The position numbers were made by a program, and so were the translations under genes. Under the pieces are notes generated by a model. It was given only the letters and a program-made list of their open reading frames with translations, was not told the DNA's origin and made no database searches. A stretch of DNA of 41,985 nucleotides from Chlamydiota bacterium (lineage in GTDB: Bacteria > Auribacterota > Tritonobacteria > UBA1439), in contig JBAXOY010000011.1 in assembly GCA_037133055.1 (NCBI GenBank), forward strand, positions 1 to 41,985, in the 5' to 3' direction. Below are positions 16,192-29,189 of this stretch, one piece after another; position 1 is the first letter of the stretch; each line of letters begins with the position of its first letter.

Positions 16192-17681
16192 GCGGCCCCC
16201 ACCCGCGTCCCGGCGGCCCACGCGGCACGGCCGCCGCGGCGCTGTCGGAGCGCGTCCGCCTTTTCATCCGCGAACACCGGATGCTGGCCGGGGTGAGGAC
16301 GCTCCTCGTCGCGGTGTCGGGCGGCCCCGACTCCATGGCGCTCCTCGATCTCCTCGCCTCCCTCGCCCCGTTACTCCGCGTGCGGCTCCACGCGGCCCAT
16401 CTTCATCACGGCCTCCGGGGGCGGGACGCCGACCGCGACCTCGCACTGGTGAAGGAGCGCTGCCGCCTGCTCGGGATACCGTTCGTTTCCGGACGCCTCG
16501 ACGTGCGCGCGCGCGCACGTCGGCGGGGCCTCTCGCTCGAGGCCGCGGCGCGCGAGGCGCGGTACGCGTTCCTGAAGCGATGCGCGGCCCGCGCGGGGGC
16601 GGAAGCCGTTGCGCTCGGCCACACGGCCGACGACCAGGCCGAGACATTCCTGATGCGCCTCGTGCGCGGAGCGGGAGGGCGGGGGCTCGGCGGCATCCGC
16701 CCCGTGAGGGCCGAGGGCGCGCTCCGCGTCGTGCGTCCGCTCCTCTTCCTCCGGAGGGCGGAGATCATCTCCTATGCGGAGGCCCGCGGCGTCCCCTTTC
16801 GCGAGGACGCGAGCAACAGGGACCTCTCGTTCACGAGGAACCGGGTCCGGCGCGGCCTCATCCCGTACCTGGAACAGGGGTTCAACCCGAGCGTGCGCGA
16901 GGCGCTCCTCCGGTGCGCGGGCGTCCTCGCGCGCGAGCACGACTTCTGCGACCTGCACGCGGCCCGGCGGTACCGCGCCCTGGCGCGGGAGGAGGCGGCC
17001 CGGGTGTGCGTACCCGCGCGGCGGTTTTTCGCCCTGCACCCCGCGCTCAGGGCGGGCGTGCTCCGGCGCGCCCTCGCCGCGCTCGGGGCGGAGGGGGAGG
17101 TGAGATTCGCCGACACGGAGGCGGTCGCCCGCCTCTGCCGCCCCGCGGCGGGGGGCGGGGCCGTGTGTCTCCCCGGCGGCATCACGGCCCGGAGGGAATA
17201 TGACGACCTCGCCCTCGGCCGCGCCGCCGCCGCCGCGGCGCCGTACGAGTTCCCCCTCCGGGACGGCGCGGAGATCGCCGTCCCTCCGCTTCGCCTGAGA
17301 TTCCGCGTCGCCGTCGTTTCGCGGCGCGGGGTCCGGCGCCTGCGCGCGAAGCGGCCGGGTCTCGCGGCCGTCTGGGGCGCGGGGGGGAACGGGTGGCCGC
17401 TCGTCGAGCGCCTTTCCCTGGACGCCCTCGGGTCCGCGGCGCTCACCGTGAGGAACCGCCGCCCGGGCGACCGCTACCGTCCCCTCGGTATGCGGGGAGC
17501 GCGCAGGGTCAAGGAGATCATGATCGACGGGAAGCTGCCCGCCCGTCTCCGGGGGCTGGTGCCGCTCGTCGCGCGCGGCGGTGAAATCGCCTGGCTCCCG
17601 GGGTACAGGATCGCGGACGCGTTCAGGGTGACGCCCTCCACGCGGCGGGTGCTGGAACTGACTCTGGAAAAGACCCCCTGA
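16188..17681 (+). CDS. tilS: tRNA(Ile)-lysidine synthetase
   Basis: VAVSGGPDSMAL, HHGLRG, EAAAREARY, GHTADDQAET, RPLL, EDASN...RNRVR, C-terminal R.RRPGD. Confidence 0.93.
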   Translation: MSGPHPRPGGPRGTAAAALSERVRLFIREHRMLAGVRTLLVAVSGGPDSMALLDLLASLAPLLRVRLHAAHLHHGLRGRDADRDLALVKERCRLLGIPFVSGRLDVRARARRRGLSLEAAAREARYAFLKRCAARAGAEAVALGHTADDQAETFLMRLVRGAGGRGLGGIRPVRAEGALRVVRPLLFLRRAEIISYAEARGVPFREDASNRDLSFTRNRVRRGLIPYLEQGFNPSVREALLRCAGVLAREHDFCDLHAARRYRALAREEAARVCVPARRFFALHPALRAGVLRRALAALGAEGEVRFADTEAVARLCRPAAGGGAVCLPGGITARREYDDLALGRAAAAAAPYEFPLRDGAEIAVPPLRLRFRVAVVSRRGVRRLRAKRPGLAAVWGAGGNGWPLVERLSLDALGSAALTVRNRRPGDRYRPLGMRGARRVKEIMIDGKLPARLRGLVPLVARGGEIAWLPGYRIADAFRVTPSTRRVLELTLEKTP

Positions 17682-17726
17682 ATGTGGTAACGTGTAGCAT
17701 TGACGATGGGAAGGGGAGCGTGACGC

Positions 17727-19700
<1,974 letters not shown>

Positions 19701-19708
19701 CCAAACCC

Positions 19709-21064
<1,356 letters not shown>

Positions 21065-21097
21065 GCGCCCCTCCCGGGGATGCATACCACGCCTGCG

Positions 21098-21205
21098 TCA
21101 CAGGTCCTTGTACGGCTCTTTCATCGCCCGCCTGACGCAGAAGGCGACCAGCCCAAGGATGATCCCCCACGAGAGCGCCATGAACACCCACCCGCCCGCG
21201 GTCAT
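21098..21205 (-). CDS. 35-aa single-TM protein, putative small subunit of the NSS transporter (absent from the ORF track)
   Basis: [35 protein letters not shown]; its ATG overlaps the transporter TGA (ATGA). Confidence 0.75.
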   Translation of the reverse strand: MTAGGWVFMALSWGIILGLVAFCVRRAMKEPYKDL

Positions 21206-22734
21206 CGTTCCCTCCCGAACTTTTTCCGGTACGCCTTCCTGACCAGCGCCGCGATCCCGATGAAGATGATGAGGAGCCCGACCCGCGTCGCCCAGATGTA
21301 CGGGACGTTCTCACGCGGCACCCCATCCATCCGAAAGGTGGGGATCGCCTGCTGGAAGAACCAGAACCCGAGGATGAGGATGAGGAACGTCGGCGTGACG
21401 TACCGTATCACCGGCTTGTAGAACCTCGGGATGCGGAGCTCCGCCCCGTGGTGCATTTCATCCCACGCCTTCTCGATGCCGAAGATCCAGACGAAGATCA
21501 CGCATTCCACCGTGCCGAAGAGCACGAGGAAGAACGACCCGGCCCAGAAGTCGATGTCGTCCATCACCCCGCGCGAGATGAGGAAGATCGGGAACTGGCA
21601 GAGGGCGAACGACACGCAGGCGATGGCCGCGACCGCCTTCTTGCGCGAAATGGAGAGCTCGTCGCTCAGGAACGCCACGGTCGGCTCCAGGAGCGACACG
21701 CTCGAGGTGATCCCGGCGAGGAAGAGGAGCAGGAACCAGAGGACGGCGAACGCCGCTCCCCACGCCATTTTCGAGAAGATGAGGGGCATCGTGACGAAGC
21801 CGATGTTGAAGCTCCCGCTCCTGGCGACCTCCTGCGCCCCCGCGCCCCCGAAGAAGGCGAAGGCGAGCGGGATCACGATCGTCCCTCCGAGGATCACCTC
21901 TGCGAACTCGTTGAGCGACGATGCCGTGAGGCCGGAGAGGACGATGTCGTCGCCCTTCGAGAGGTAGCTCGCGTAGGTGATGATGACCCCGATGCCGACG
22001 CTCAGGGTGAAGAAGATCTGCCCCGCCGCCGCGAGCCAGACCTTCGCGCTCCGGAGGGCGCTGAAGTCCGGGTTCCACAGAAAACCGAGGCCGTTCCGGA
22101 TGTTCCAGTCGGGGTGCGCCGGGTCGGGCGTCCCGAGCGTGAGCACCCGCGCGGCGATGACGACCGCGAAGATGCAGAGGAGGGGGAGGGCGACGTTGCA
22201 GAGCTTCTCGATGCCCCCCCTTACGCCGCGGTAGACCACGGCGAAGTTGAGGAAAAAGGTCAGGAGGAAGAAGAGGTAGGACCAGACGAACAGGTTTCCC
22301 CGTCCGATCCCCTGGTACCGCCGGAGGAACCCGAGCATCTCCTCCTTCGTCGCGAGGCTCCCGAGCGCCCCGGTGACCGAGTAGAGGCAGTAGCCGAGGA
22401 GCCAGCTCTCGATGTAGACATAGTAGATGAAGATGGCGAGGGGGCCGAAGACACCGATCGCGCCGAAGTACTTCGCGGCGCGATGACGCCAGAGGCGGTT
22501 GAAAATGAGCGGGGCCGTTCCGTGCCCGAAGAGCCCCCCGTACCTCCCGATCGCCCACTCGATCCACATGAGCGGGATTCCCAGGACGAAGAGGGAGACG
22601 AAGTAGGGGATCATGAAGGCGCCGCCGCCGTTCTGCGCCGCCTGGGAGGGGAAGCGGAGAAAGTTCCCGAGACCGATCGCCGAGCCCGCGACGGCCATGA
22701 TAATCCCCAGTTTGGATGTCCACTTCTCCCTCAT
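21202..22734 (-). CDS. Sodium-dependent NSS (LeuT-like) transporter
   Basis: REKW...[47 protein letters not shown]. Confidence 0.95.
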   Translation of the reverse strand: MREKWTSKLGIIMAVAGSAIGLGNFLRFPSQAAQNGGGAFMIPYFVSLFVLGIPLMWIEWAIGRYGGLFGHGTAPLIFNRLWRHRAAKYFGAIGVFGPLAIFIYYVYIESWLLGYCLYSVTGALGSLATKEEMLGFLRRYQGIGRGNLFVWSYLFFLLTFFLNFAVVYRGVRGGIEKLCNVALPLLCIFAVVIAARVLTLGTPDPAHPDWNIRNGLGFLWNPDFSALRSAKVWLAAAGQIFFTLSVGIGVIITYASYLSKGDDIVLSGLTASSLNEFAEVILGGTIVIPLAFAFFGGAGAQEVARSGSFNIGFVTMPLIFSKMAWGAAFAVLWFLLLFLAGITSSVSLLEPTVAFLSDELSISRKKAVAAIACVSFALCQFPIFLISRGVMDDIDFWAGSFFLVLFGTVECVIFVWIFGIEKAWDEMHHGAELRIPRFYKPVIRYVTPTFLILILGFWFFQQAIPTFRMDGVPRENVPYIWATRVGLLIIFIGIAALVRKAYRKKFGRER

Positions 22735-22752
22735 TATCCCTCCGACCGCCGG

Positions 22753-22805
22753 ATTGTATCCCAACGAGAGCTTCGTTGCAACAGCGATCGGCGGTGTGGT
22801 ACAGT
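22753..22805. promoter_or_regulatory. Back-to-back promoters sharing one palindromic -35 (TTGCAA)
   Basis: TTGCAA at 22776-22781. Minus strand: TACAAT at a 17-bp spacer. Plus strand: TGG-TACAGT at an 18-bp spacer. Confidence 0.5.
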
Positions 22806-22827
22806 ACTGCCGGGGGGGAAGCGGAAG

Positions 22828-23559
22828 ATGGTAAAGCTCGGCGTCAACATCGACCACGTGGCGACGGTCCGCCAGGCGCGGCGGACGGTGGAGCCCGATC
22901 CCGTCGCCGCCGCGGCCCTCTGCGAGCTCGCTGGCGCGGACGGCATCACCGTCCACCTGCGCGAGGACCGGCGGCACATCCAGGACCGCGACGTGGAGAT
23001 CCTCAGGAAGACCGTCCGGACGCGCCTGAACCTCGAGATGGCGGTCGCGAAAGAGATCGTCGCGTTCGCCGCGCGGGTGAAGCCGGACCACGCCTGCCTG
23101 GTGCCGGAGAAGCGCGAGGAGGTCACCACCGAGGGGGGGCTCGACGTTGCGGGCAACAGGGCGAGGATCGCGGAGGCGGTGAAGCGCCTGAGCGGCGCCG
23201 GCATCATCGTGAGCATCTTCATCGACCCGGTCGAGGAGCAGATCCGCGCGGCCGCGCGCTCCGGGGCCGGGTTCATCGAGCTCCACACCGGCTGCTACGC
23301 GAACGCGCGAGGCGCGGAGGCGCGGCGCCTCGAGATCGAGAAGCTCATGGCGATGGGGGCGCTCGCGGCCCGGGAGGGACTCAGGGTCAACGCGGGTCAC
23401 GGCCTGACCTACTGGAACGTCCGCCCCGTGCTCGCGGTGCCGGGACTCGAGGAGATGAACATCGGCCACAGCATCATCGCGCGCGCGGTGCTCGTCGGGC
23501 TCGAGCGGGCGGTGCGGGAGATGGTGGAGCTCATCCGCCTCGGCCCCGAGAAACAATAA
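22828..23559 (+). CDS. pdxJ: Pyridoxine 5'-phosphate synthase
   Basis: [50 protein letters not shown]. Confidence 0.97.
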   Translation: MVKLGVNIDHVATVRQARRTVEPDPVAAAALCELAGADGITVHLREDRRHIQDRDVEILRKTVRTRLNLEMAVAKEIVAFAARVKPDHACLVPEKREEVTTEGGLDVAGNRARIAEAVKRLSGAGIIVSIFIDPVEEQIRAAARSGAGFIELHTGCYANARGAEARRLEIEKLMAMGALAAREGLRVNAGHGLTYWNVRPVLAVPGLEEMNIGHSIIARAVLVGLERAVREMVELIRLGPEKQ

Positions 23560-23587
23560 CGGGATTCCTCCGTGGTGAAAAAAGACC

Positions 23588-25150
23588 ATGAAACTCGTCA
23601 CCGCCGCCCAGATGAAGGAGCTCGACCGCGCCGTCGTCGTCGGGCGCGGGATCCCCGCCCTTGATCTGATGGAGCGCGCAGGGGCCGCCGTCGCCCGCTG
23701 CGCGATCGCGATGATCCGCGAGGGGCGGCTCCGCCCGCGCGTGCTCCTGTTCGCGGGGAAGGGGAACAACGGCGGGGACGCGTTCGTCGCGTCGCGGCAC
23801 CTCCAGTCCGGGGGGGTCGCGACCCGGACGATCCTCCTCGCGCGGAGGGGCGACGTTTCGAGGGACGCGCTCGAGAACCTCCGGCGGATCGAGGGCGCGG
23901 GCGGAGAGGTCGCGACCGCCGAGACCGCGGGGGAGATCGAGGCGCTGAAGGAGGGCGCCGACTCGTTCGACCTCGTCGTCGACGGCATCCTCGGGACGGG
24001 GATGTCGGGCAAGGTCGTGGGCCATCTCGCGGAGGCGATCTCCCTGATCCGCGCGCTTCGCGCGACGACGATCGCCATAGATATCCCGTCGGGCCTCGAC
24101 GCGACGAGCGGGTGCGTCTGCGGGGCCGCCGTCCGGGCCTCGGCCACCGTCACCATGGGCCTCCCGAAGACGGGGATGGTCGTCGCGGACGGCCCCGAGC
24201 ACTGCGGGAGGATCCGCGTGGCCGATATCGGCCTCCCGGAAGATCTCGTGCACGCGGTCATGGGGAGCGGGGACCTCATCGTCGGGCAGGACCTGTACGG
24301 TCTCTTCCCCCCCCGCGCGCGGGTCTCCCACAAGGGCGACTACGGCCGCGTCCTCGTCGTGGCGGGCTCCCCGGGGCTCACGGGGGCGGCGTGCCTTGCG
24401 GCGGCCGCCGCCATGCGCTCCGGGTCGGGACTCGTGACCGTCGCGGCGCCGCGCTCCCTTAATCCTGTCCTCGAGGCGAAGCTCACCGAGGCGATGACGC
24501 TCCCGCTCCCCGAGACGGCCGAGGGCGCGCTGGGGAAAAAGGCCGGCGAGGAGATCCTTCGCGCGGCGGAGCGTTTCGACATCGCGGTGATAGGGCCCGG
24601 TCTATCCCGCTGCCCCGAAACCGCGGAGATGGTGCGGCGGCTCGTCGCCGTTCTCCCGATCCCGATGCTCGTCGATGCCGACGGGCTGAACGCGCTCGCC
24701 GGGGACGCGGCGGTGCTGAAAAAGGCCTCCGCCCCCGTCATCCTCACCCCTCACCCCGGCGAGATGGCGCGCCTCATGGGCTGCGAGACCTCCGATCTCC
24801 TCAAGGACAGGATGGGCGCCGCGTCCGGCTTTGCCGCCGCGCATGGCGTGACCCTCGTGCTGAAGGGGGCGCAGACGATCGTCGCGGCGCCCGACGGGGC
24901 CGCGTCGATGAACGCGACCGGCAACCCGGGAATGGCCTCGGGCGGGACCGGCGATGTGCTCTCGGGCGTCATCGCCTCGCTCGCGGGACAGGGGATGAAG
25001 CCCCTCGACGCGGCGCGCGCGGGGGTGTTCGTCCACGGCGACGCGGGCGACCGGGCCGCGGCGCTCCGCGGCGAGCGCGGCATGATCGCCTCGGACATCG
25101 TTGATCGGATCCCCGACGCGCTCGAAGCCCTCGCGCGCGGGGGCTGGTAG
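23588..25150 (+). CDS. nnr: Bifunctional NAD(P)H-hydrate epimerase/dehydratase
   Basis: LMERAG, GKGNNGGD, IDIPSG, HKGDYG, GPGL, DADGLN, TPHPGEMARL, GGTGDVLSG. Confidence 0.95.
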   Translation: MKLVTAAQMKELDRAVVVGRGIPALDLMERAGAAVARCAIAMIREGRLRPRVLLFAGKGNNGGDAFVASRHLQSGGVATRTILLARRGDVSRDALENLRRIEGAGGEVATAETAGEIEALKEGADSFDLVVDGILGTGMSGKVVGHLAEAISLIRALRATTIAIDIPSGLDATSGCVCGAAVRASATVTMGLPKTGMVVADGPEHCGRIRVADIGLPEDLVHAVMGSGDLIVGQDLYGLFPPRARVSHKGDYGRVLVVAGSPGLTGAACLAAAAAMRSGSGLVTVAAPRSLNPVLEAKLTEAMTLPLPETAEGALGKKAGEEILRAAERFDIAVIGPGLSRCPETAEMVRRLVAVLPIPMLVDADGLNALAGDAAVLKKASAPVILTPHPGEMARLMGCETSDLLKDRMGAASGFAAAHGVTLVLKGAQTIVAAPDGAASMNATGNPGMASGGTGDVLSGVIASLAGQGMKPLDAARAGVFVHGDAGDRAAALRGERGMIASDIVDRIPDALEALARGGW

Positions 25151-25187
25151 GAGATGCGGCGCGGGCGCGCCATGCAAAGGAGACTCC

Positions 25188-25634
25188 ATGATCGACAACC
25201 GGCCGGACAAGAGCGGATTCGCGGGGCACGCGGTCCTTTTCCCCCTCGTCGAGGAGTACCGGGACTGCGCCGGCGTGCGGCGCGTCTTCAAGATCGAATC
25301 CGAGCAGACGGACCTCGGGTGGATGCTGACGGCGACGGAGCAGAACGACCGCCCGCACGGATACTCTTTCAAGGAATTTTCGACGGCGAGCCCGGCCGAG
25401 GCGCTGGGGCCGCTCAGGCACAAGATCAAGGCGGGGCTCGCGATCAAGTACCTCGATCTGTCCTCGAAGAAGCTTGCCCTGACGCACGACCTGTTGCGGG
25501 GCTCCATTGCGTTCGACCCCGAGACGGAACGCGTCGGGGTGCTCGTGGACGGCACGTTCGTGTCGATGAAGGAGCTCGAGGAGCTGCTGAATTCCTACGA
25601 GGGGTGGGAGTTCGAGATGTCGCTGTTCGGGTGA
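25188..25634 (+). CDS. Conserved hypothetical protein
   Basis: SD AGGAG, host-like codon usage, fills the nnr-trmJ gap; C-terminal VDG......L.ELL.SYEGW.F pattern. Confidence 0.7.
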   Translation: MIDNRPDKSGFAGHAVLFPLVEEYRDCAGVRRVFKIESEQTDLGWMLTATEQNDRPHGYSFKEFSTASPAEALGPLRHKIKAGLAIKYLDLSSKKLALTHDLLRGSIAFDPETERVGVLVDGTFVSMKELEELLNSYEGWEFEMSLFG

Positions 25635-25736
25635 CGCGAGTCCCTCTTCTCTCCCTCCCCTGCATGGGGGGTGAAAGTACCCACTGTCAGCGACCCCGCA
25701 CGGTTGGGTGGGGGTGAGTACTGAGTGAAAGCGGTC

Positions 25737-26483
25737 ATGGACAATATCTCCGTGGTCCTCGTGGGGATCCGGAACAGCGGCAACATCGGCTCGGCCGCCC
25801 GCGCGATGAAAAACTGCGGGGTGGGCCGCATGGTGCTCGTTGACCCGCCTCCCCTCGACACCCCCGACGTGCGGAAGCTCGCCTGGGCGTCGCTCGACAT
25901 CGTGCGGGACGCCCGCGTCTGCGCGACGCTCGAAGAAGCGCTCGGCGAGTGCGGGCTCGTCGTGGGGACCACGCGGCGGAAGGGGAGGGGGCGCAGGCCG
26001 GTGGTGGACCTCCGCCGGGCTCTCCCCCGCATCGCCGCCGCGACGAAGAAGAACAAGGTCGCGATCCTCTTCGGGCGCGAGGACAAGGGCCTGAGCAACG
26101 AGGAGCTCGCCTTCTGCCAGTGCGCGGTGAGCATCCCCGCCTCGCGCGCGATGCCCTCCCTCAACGTGGCACAGGCGGTGATGGTGGTCCTCCACGAGAT
26201 CTTCGAATACGCCTCGTCCGACCACGTCGAGCAGCCGGCGGGGCTCGTCTCCCAGGAGCTCCTCCTGCAGCTCTACGCGAGGATCGAGGCGGCGCTCGCG
26301 GGCATCGGCTTCAAGGACGAGGGGGACCGGAAGGTGCTCCGGAGCGTGATGAAGACGCTCAAGCGCATCTTCGGCCGGAGCGGCATCGCGGACGACGAGT
26401 GGCGCGCACTCCACGGCATCTGCCAGCAGATCGAGCACTACGTGCGCGAATCCTCCCCGACAGGGGAAGGTGAGGGGGCGTGA
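25737..26483 (+). CDS. trmJ: SPOUT RNA methyltransferase, TrmJ/LasT family
   Basis: GNIGSAARAMKNCG, LFGREDKGLSNEEL, SLNVAQAV...E. Start at 25737 or GTG 25725. Confidence 0.88.
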   Translation: MDNISVVLVGIRNSGNIGSAARAMKNCGVGRMVLVDPPPLDTPDVRKLAWASLDIVRDARVCATLEEALGECGLVVGTTRRKGRGRRPVVDLRRALPRIAAATKKNKVAILFGREDKGLSNEELAFCQCAVSIPASRAMPSLNVAQAVMVVLHEIFEYASSDHVEQPAGLVSQELLLQLYARIEAALAGIGFKDEGDRKVLRSVMKTLKRIFGRSGIADDEWRALHGICQQIEHYVRESSPTGEGEGA

Positions 26484-27358
26484 AATTCGGTTTCGTCGCC
26501 ATCATCGGCCGTCCCAACGTCGGGAAATCGACGCTCCTGAACCGCCTCGTCGGCCAGAAGCTTGCGATCGTCACCCCCAAGCCGCAGACCACGCGCGATG
26601 CGATCAGGGGGATCATGACGGGCGCGGAGGCCCAGGTCGTCTTCATCGATACCCCCGGCCTCCATGACCCCCGCGATCTCCTCGGGCGTTACATGGTCCG
26701 CGCCGCCCGCCGCTCCTCGGGCGATGCCGACCTCGTCTACCTGATGGTCGAGCCGGCGGCGGCGGGAGACGCCGACCGGTCGTCGGTGGAGCTCCTGAAG
26801 GCCTGCCGCGCCCCCGTCTTCCTCCTGATCAACAAGACCGACACGGTCCCGAGGGACGCGCTCCTCCCCGTGATGGATTCCTACAAGGACCTCCTGCCGT
26901 TCAGGGAGATCATCCCGATCTCCGCGCGGGCGGGGGACAACGTGGACCTTCTCCTCCGGAAGACGATCGAACTCCTTCCCGCCGGGGAGAAGCTCTTCCC
27001 CGACGACATCCTCTCCGACCAGCCGATCCGCTTCGCGGTGGGCGAGATGATACGGGAGAAGGTATTCAGCTTCCTCCACCAGGAGATCCCCTACGGCACC
27101 GCCGTGCGGATGGAGGGGATGAAGGAGCGCGGGGACGGCGTCACCGAGGTGCACGCCGTGATCATCGCCGAGAGGGAATCGCACAAGGGGATGCTCGTCG
27201 GGAAGGGCGGCGCCATGATCAAGAGGATCGGCACCGCCGCCCGCCGCGAGATCGAGGAGTTTCTGGGCGCGAGGGTGTTCCTCGATCTCCGGGTGAAGGT
27301 CATAAAAGGCTGGAAGAAGGACGAGGACGAGGTCAGGAAGCTCGGGTACGATCAGTGA
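26480..27358 (+). CDS. era: GTPase Era
   Basis: GRPNVGKST, PQTTR, DTPG, NKTD, EIPY, KH domain with VGKGGAMIK.IG..AR. Confidence 0.96.
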   Translation: MKFGFVAIIGRPNVGKSTLLNRLVGQKLAIVTPKPQTTRDAIRGIMTGAEAQVVFIDTPGLHDPRDLLGRYMVRAARRSSGDADLVYLMVEPAAAGDADRSSVELLKACRAPVFLLINKTDTVPRDALLPVMDSYKDLLPFREIIPISARAGDNVDLLLRKTIELLPAGEKLFPDDILSDQPIRFAVGEMIREKVFSFLHQEIPYGTAVRMEGMKERGDGVTEVHAVIIAERESHKGMLVGKGGAMIKRIGTAARREIEEFLGARVFLDLRVKVIKGWKKDEDEVRKLGYDQ

Positions 27359-28026
27359 ATGCGCCGGGCGGGGCGGTCATCGAAATCTACCGGAAACTCC
27401 GCCGCCGCTTCGGGCCGCAGGGCTGGTGGCCCGGGGAGACGCCGTTCGAGGTGATCGTGGGGGCCATCCTCACGCAGAACACCGCCTGGGGAAACGTCGC
27501 GGTTGCCATCGCAAACCTTAAAAAGGCCCGGCTCCTCTCGGCCCGGGGACTCACCCGCGTCCCGCGCGCGCATCTCGCGCGGCTGATACGGCCCTCCGGA
27601 TACTTCAACCAGAAGGCGGTAAAACTCAAGGCGTTCATGGCGTTCCTGAACCGCGGGTACGGGGGGAGCCTCGCAGGGATGGGCAGGGAGCCCGCCGCGT
27701 CGCTCCGCGGGAAGCTCCTCGCCGTCCACGGGATCGGCCCCGAGACCGCCGACAGCATCCTCCTCTACGCCTTCGACCGGCCGGTCTTCGTCGTCGACGC
27801 CTACACCGTGCGCGTGCTCTCCCGGCACGGGCTCGTCGCCCCGTCCGCGCGCTACGACGAGGTCCAGCGGTACCTGACCGCGCGGGTCCCCGGGAGCGCC
27901 CGGATCTACAACGAGTACCACGCCCTCTTCGTCCGCGTGGGGAAGGAGTTCTGCGGGAAGAGGCCGCGGTGTGGAAAGTGTCCGCTCGGGGGGCGAGGGG
28001 CCCGTGCCGCGGCAGGGATGAGATGA
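27355..28026 (+). CDS. Endonuclease III-related HhH-GPD DNA glycosylase
   Basis: WWPGETPFEV.VGAILTQNT.W.NV, GIGPETADSILLYA, FVVDAYT, EYHAL.V..GK.FC. Confidence 0.9.
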   Translation: MNAPGGAVIEIYRKLRRRFGPQGWWPGETPFEVIVGAILTQNTAWGNVAVAIANLKKARLLSARGLTRVPRAHLARLIRPSGYFNQKAVKLKAFMAFLNRGYGGSLAGMGREPAASLRGKLLAVHGIGPETADSILLYAFDRPVFVVDAYTVRVLSRHGLVAPSARYDEVQRYLTARVPGSARIYNEYHALFVRVGKEFCGKRPRCGKCPLGGRGARAAAGMR

Positions 28027-28034
28027 GGCGGAAA

Positions 28035-29135
28035 TCAGTTCTTGGGATTTGGGATTTGGGATTTGGGATTTAGCGCGGCCATGCGGCCGAACGCCGGCTT
28101 GATCACCCGATAGATGATGTCGCAGCGTTCGCGATAGTGGATGAACGCGCTCTTCATGGCGTTCAGCGTCAGCACCTCGAGGTCCCGCAGGGTCAGCCCG
28201 TAGGCGCGCGTCGCGATCTCCAGCTCCTTGCTCATCGAGGTGTCGCTCATCAGGCGGTTGTCGGTGTTCAGGGTGACGCGGAACCGGTTCGTGTAGAAGA
28301 GCTTGAACGGGTGCGTCTCGAAGCTGTCCGCGGCCGCCGTCTGGATGTTGCTGCTGAGGCAGCACTCGAGCGGGATGCGCTTGTCGAGGACGTACTGGGC
28401 GAGCGTCCCCATCTTCACCACCTTCCCGTCCGACAGGGTGAAATCGTCCACGAGCCGGGTGCCGTGGCCGATGCGGTGCGCCCCGCAGTACTGGAGCGCC
28501 TGCCAGATCGACTTCGCGCCGAACGCCTCGCCCGCGTGGATGGTGATGTTGAAGTTCTCGCGAAGGCAGTAGTCGAACGCCGCCTGGTCCTTCTTGGCGG
28601 GGTTCCCCGCCTCTTCGCCCGCGAGGTCGAACCCCACCGCCCCCTTCTCGCGGAATGCCACGGCGAGCTCCGCCATCGGCATCGCCCACTCGGTGCCGCG
28701 CATCGAGCAGAGGATGAGGCCGAAACGGGTCCCCGTCTCCTTCTCGCCCCGGTGCAGGCCGCGGAGGACCGCCTCCATGATCTCCTCGAGCGTCAACCCC
28801 TTCCGCGTGTGGAAGAACGGGGCGAAGCGCGTCTCCGCGTAGACGACGTTGTCCGCCTTGAGGTCGAGCATCGACTCGTACGCGATGCGCTCGAGGGCCT
28901 CCCCGGTCTGGAGGACGGCGTAGACGACCTTGAAGGTTTCGAGGTAGAGTTTCAGGTCCCCCTGGTTCGCGCCCCGGTGGAACCAGTCGAGGAGCTCGAT
29001 CGGGTCTTCGGAGGGGAGAGGGACCTTTTCTTTTTTGGCGATGTCGATGATGGTGGAAACGCGCAGACCGCCGTCGAGGTGGTCGTGCAGGAGCACCTTG
29101 GGCAGCTTCCTGATGACGTCGGGAGTGGGTGTCAT
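28035..29135 (-). CDS. add: Adenosine deaminase
   Basis: LPKVLLHDHLDG, GFDLAG.E, HAGE, RIGHG, LEC..SSN, NTDNRLMS. Confidence 0.93.
   Translation of the reverse strand: MTPTPDVIRKLPKVLLHDHLDGGLRVSTIIDIAKKEKVPLPSEDPIELLDWFHRGANQGDLKLYLETFKVVYAVLQTGEALERIAYESMLDLKADNVVYAETRFAPFFHTRKGLTLEEIMEAVLRGLHRGEKETGTRFGLILCSMRGTEWAMPMAELAVAFREKGAVGFDLAGEEAGNPAKKDQAAFDYCLRENFNITIHAGEAFGAKSIWQALQYCGAHRIGHGTRLVDDFTLSDGKVVKMGTLAQYVLDKRIPLECCLSSNIQTAAADSFETHPFKLFYTNRFRVTLNTDNRLMSDTSMSKELEIATRAYGLTLRDLEVLTLNAMKSAFIHYRERCDIIYRVIKPAFGRMAALNPKSQIPNPKN
28042..28069. repeat. Heptamer tandem repeat (TTGGGAT)x4 within the add 3' end
   Basis: Four exact copies; on the minus strand they encode the tail NPKSQIPNPK. Confidence 0.9.
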
Positions 29136-29189
29136 TCGCGGCCCCGTGTTCTTCGAATTGTACCAGAGGGGGCCGGGGAGGCGCCAGAA

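Noticed and set aside
21202..24333. 1043-aa NSS fusion and 1031-aa ArnT fusion (29190-32285)
   Set aside because: The N-terminal halves are antisense to pdxJ/nnr and the clpX-like gene; the likely starts are 22734 and 30779.
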